Shown piece by piece: positions 56,059-58,011 of a stretch of 58,011 bases of DNA. The notes beneath the pieces are model-generated. The model did not search any database. It was not told where the DNA came from and was given only the letters and a program-made list of their open reading frames with translations. Made by a program: the position numbers and the translations under genes. The DNA is from Thermodesulfovibrionales bacterium (GTDB taxonomy: Bacteria; Nitrospirota; Thermodesulfovibrionia; Thermodesulfovibrionales; JdFR-86), in NCBI GenBank assembly GCA_030682405.1, contig JAUXOF010000041.1, positions 1 through 58,011 of the forward strand. Direction: 5' to 3'. Positions within the stretch are counted from its first letter, which is position 1. Each line of letters begins with the position of its first letter.

Positions 56059-56490
56059 TTAAACCGGCACTATCGTTATTTCCCTTATCCCCGCCTTCCC
56101 TATTAGTAGAAACGCCTTTATCTCCGGCCCGCCCTCTGCAAGCCCGATTATCACATAGGCCGTGCCGGGGAAATTCTCATAATCGGTTCCGGGGAAGAAT
56201 GCCCGATTTATGTCTATTTGCGAAGGGTAGGCAGGCGAGGCCGGGTGCGAGTGGTATATGGCGAGCATCTTTTTACCGTCTTTCTCTATATCCCTCATCA
56301 CGTTTAGTTGCTCGTCCGGGTGCATCATGTATGTTGTGGAAGACAAGTCCGCATTCCTCATCCTATGAAGTTTCTCAACAGCATCCCCGCTTCCGGAAAG
56401 TATGCCGCAGGCCTCTTTAGGGTATGCCCCTTTTGCGTGGGCCACCATCTCGTCTATTATTGCCTTCGGGATAGAAAGCGCTTGCATCAC
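56059..56490 (-). CDS. JAB/MPN (Mov34, Mec-like) metallopeptidase
   Basis: KEACG...IYHSHPASPAYPSQID is the JAMM motif. Confidence 0.92.
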   Translation of the reverse strand: MMQALSIPKAIIDEMVAHAKGAYPKEACGILSGSGDAVEKLHRMRNADLSSTTYMMHPDEQLNVMRDIEKDGKKMLAIYHSHPASPAYPSQIDINRAFFPGTDYENFPGTAYVIIGLAEGGPEIKAFLLIGKAGIREITIVPV

Positions 56491-57293
56491 CGGCGTATGG
56501 AGCAGTAACCGGCCTCGTAATCAAGAAGCTCCGTAATGGTGGGGTTTTCGCCGCAGACGGGACATGCGGGATTTTTCGGCACCTTTACCTTCCTGAAGGT
56601 CGTTTGAAGCCCGTTGTATATCAGAAGCTCGCTTTTAAGCACGTCCCCTTTGCCCAATATCAGCTTTAATACCTCGGCGGCCTCAAGCGAGCCTATTACG
56701 CCCGGAAGCACCCCTAAGACCCCGGCCTCCTGGCACGAAGGCACAAGCCCGGCAGGCGGAGGCTCCTCAAACAGGCATCTGTAGCAGTGCCCCTCATGCG
56801 GGACGATGGTTGTCACCTGCCCTTCAAATTTCAGGATAGCTCCGCTTACAAGGGTTTTTTTGAGCATCACGCATGCGTCGTTTACAAGATACCTTGTCGG
56901 GAAATTGTCGCTTCCGTCAACCACTATGTCGTAGTCCTTCATTATGTCCAGAATATTGTCCCTTGTGAGTTTTCCCTTTATGGCGTTTATGGTCACATCC
57001 GGGTTCAGGGCGCTGAAGGTCTCTTTTGCGGACTCCACCTTGGGTCTTCCGAGGCTCTTTACGCTGTGGGCTATCTGCCGCTGGAGGTTGCTGAGTTCAA
57101 CCGTGTCGTTGTCTACAATCCCTATGGTGCCCACCCCTGCGGCAGTGAGATAAAACCCCACAGGGCATCCGAGCCCGCCCGCGCCGACGATGAGGACCTT
57201 TGCGGAAAGGAGCTTCCTCTGCCCTTTTCCGCCGACCTCAGGCAGTATGATGTGCCTTGAGTATCTCTGGAGCTGTTCCTCTGTGAATTCCAC
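56487..57293 (-). CDS. MoeB/ThiF-family (E1-like) adenylyltransferase, no rhodanese domain
   Basis: QRYSRHIIL, GAGGLG, SNLQRQ, DGSDNFPTRYLVND, CYRCLF, SCQEAGVLG, CPVCG. Confidence 0.92.
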   Translation of the reverse strand: MEFTEEQLQRYSRHIILPEVGGKGQRKLLSAKVLIVGAGGLGCPVGFYLTAAGVGTIGIVDNDTVELSNLQRQIAHSVKSLGRPKVESAKETFSALNPDVTINAIKGKLTRDNILDIMKDYDIVVDGSDNFPTRYLVNDACVMLKKTLVSGAILKFEGQVTTIVPHEGHCYRCLFEEPPPAGLVPSCQEAGVLGVLPGVIGSLEAAEVLKLILGKGDVLKSELLIYNGLQTTFRKVKVPKNPACPVCGENPTITELLDYEAGYCSIRR

Positions 57294-57538
57294 TAATCCT
57301 TTTCCTTTCTTATAAGGAGCACCCAGTCCGTCTCGTTTACCTTCTCCACCTTGAGCACCTTCTGCCCGTGGTCTTCCATGGACTTAGGGATGCTCGTCGC
57401 CGCAACGGGATAATCAAGCACTATCTCAAGCACTTGCCCAACCTCCATGTCTTCTATCGCCAGCTTCGCCTTGACAAAGGTATAAGGGCAGACGAGGCCC
57501 CTGATGTCTATGGACTTATCCGGCTTGACGCCGCCCAT
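57293..57538 (-). CDS. tusA: TusA/SirA-family sulfurtransferase
   Basis: IDIRGLVCPYTFVKAK...GQVLEIVLD; TAGTG overlap with the moeB-like gene. Confidence 0.88.
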   Translation of the reverse strand: MGGVKPDKSIDIRGLVCPYTFVKAKLAIEDMEVGQVLEIVLDYPVAATSIPKSMEDHGQKVLKVEKVNETDWVLLIRKEKD

Positions 57539-57611
57539 TCTTCGCCCTCCAACAATTAATCATATTTTACAACATAATGAGGGGGGATGCGTATAAAATA
57601 AGGGATACAAT

Positions 57612-57677
57612 TTGGAGGACGGCGAAACTGTTCATAATGCTTTCTTTGATAGAAACTTTAAGGAGGAAGGAAAATGA
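57612..57677 (+). pseudogene. 3' remnant of a small toxin-like gene that normally precedes DUF2283 genes
   Basis: LEDGETVHNAFFDRNFKEEGK* with ATGA coupling to the next gene; in-frame stop at 57594 upstream and no N-terminus. Confidence 0.6.
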
Positions 57678-57886
57678 AAATTCGGTATTTTTCAGATACA
57701 GATACAGCGTTGATTGAGTTTTCAAGTGTTCCTGTAGTTGAGACAAAGGAAATATCAGAAAACCTATACATTGACTTGGATGAAAAGGGCAATCTTGTAA
57801 GCATGACTATTGAGCATGCGAAAGAGAAAGCGAGTATTTCAGAAGTTTCTTTTTTACAGATGGAAAAAACGATGATGTCCCTGTAA
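57674..57886 (+). CDS. DUF2283-family protein (putative antitoxin)
   Basis: MKIRYFSDTDTALIEF...ISENLYIDLDEKGNLVSMTIEHA. Confidence 0.85.
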   Translation: MKIRYFSDTDTALIEFSSVPVVETKEISENLYIDLDEKGNLVSMTIEHAKEKASISEVSFLQMEKTMMSL

Positions 57887-57957
57887 GTTGTTGAAGTAGG
57901 AAGCGACCCCCGATTAAAATGATTCACTGAAACCAAATCAAAAGGAGGTCGCTTTCT

Positions 57958-58011
57958 ATGGGAAAAAGATACCGCAAAATGGAGAGAAAAGTAAACGGCA
58001 GGATCAGGGAG
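57958..58011 (+). CDS. 5' end of an unidentified CDS (partial; possibly a transposase)
   Basis: SD AAAGGAGG then ATG GGA AAA AGA (MGKRYRKMERKVNGRIRE), open to the window end. Confidence 0.4.
   Translation, partial: MGKRYRKMERKVNGRIRE

Overview
58 kb of a moderately GC-rich anaerobic bacterial chromosome. The gene content (nuoN; adk-sat-aprBA-qmoABC-CBS-hppA; Kup; style of REP-like hairpins) suggests a sulfate-reducing Nitrospirota (Thermodesulfovibrionia-like) or deltaproteobacterial-type organism; this is inference, not a database result. Left to right: a separately promoted nuoN; ald-slt-zapB-zapA; a REC-PilZ gene facing a PAS-only sensor that looks like a decayed diguanylate cyclase; a ~2 kb AT-rich island of three unknown genes with a (CACT)7 microsatellite; YkgJ-fdhF-asrA/asrB-like oxidoreductase; a MazF/PemK TA pair; deoC, class IV aminotransferase, kup, pfkB-like kinase, uvrC, murA; the sulfate-activation cluster; tRNA-Ser and tRNA-Arg flanking a lipoprotein gene; a heme-c histidine kinase converging on a sigma54-promoted chemosensory operon with its NtrC-type activator; and a tusA-moeB-JAB-thrC-like-moaD-NIL-thrC-apgM-lysC amino-acid/sulfur-relay operon. 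The strongest candidate for an undescribed system is the signalling locus at 37.3-50.6 kb. There, one 7-cysteine module with near-identical spacing occurs three times: inside the histidine kinase, at the chemoreceptor C-terminus and as a free 68-aa protein. The second candidate is a sulfur-carrier-dependent homocysteine/cysteine route embedded in the threonine operon. No CRISPR array, rRNA or intact mobile element is supported. All family assignments come from motif recognition by eye; no searches were run.
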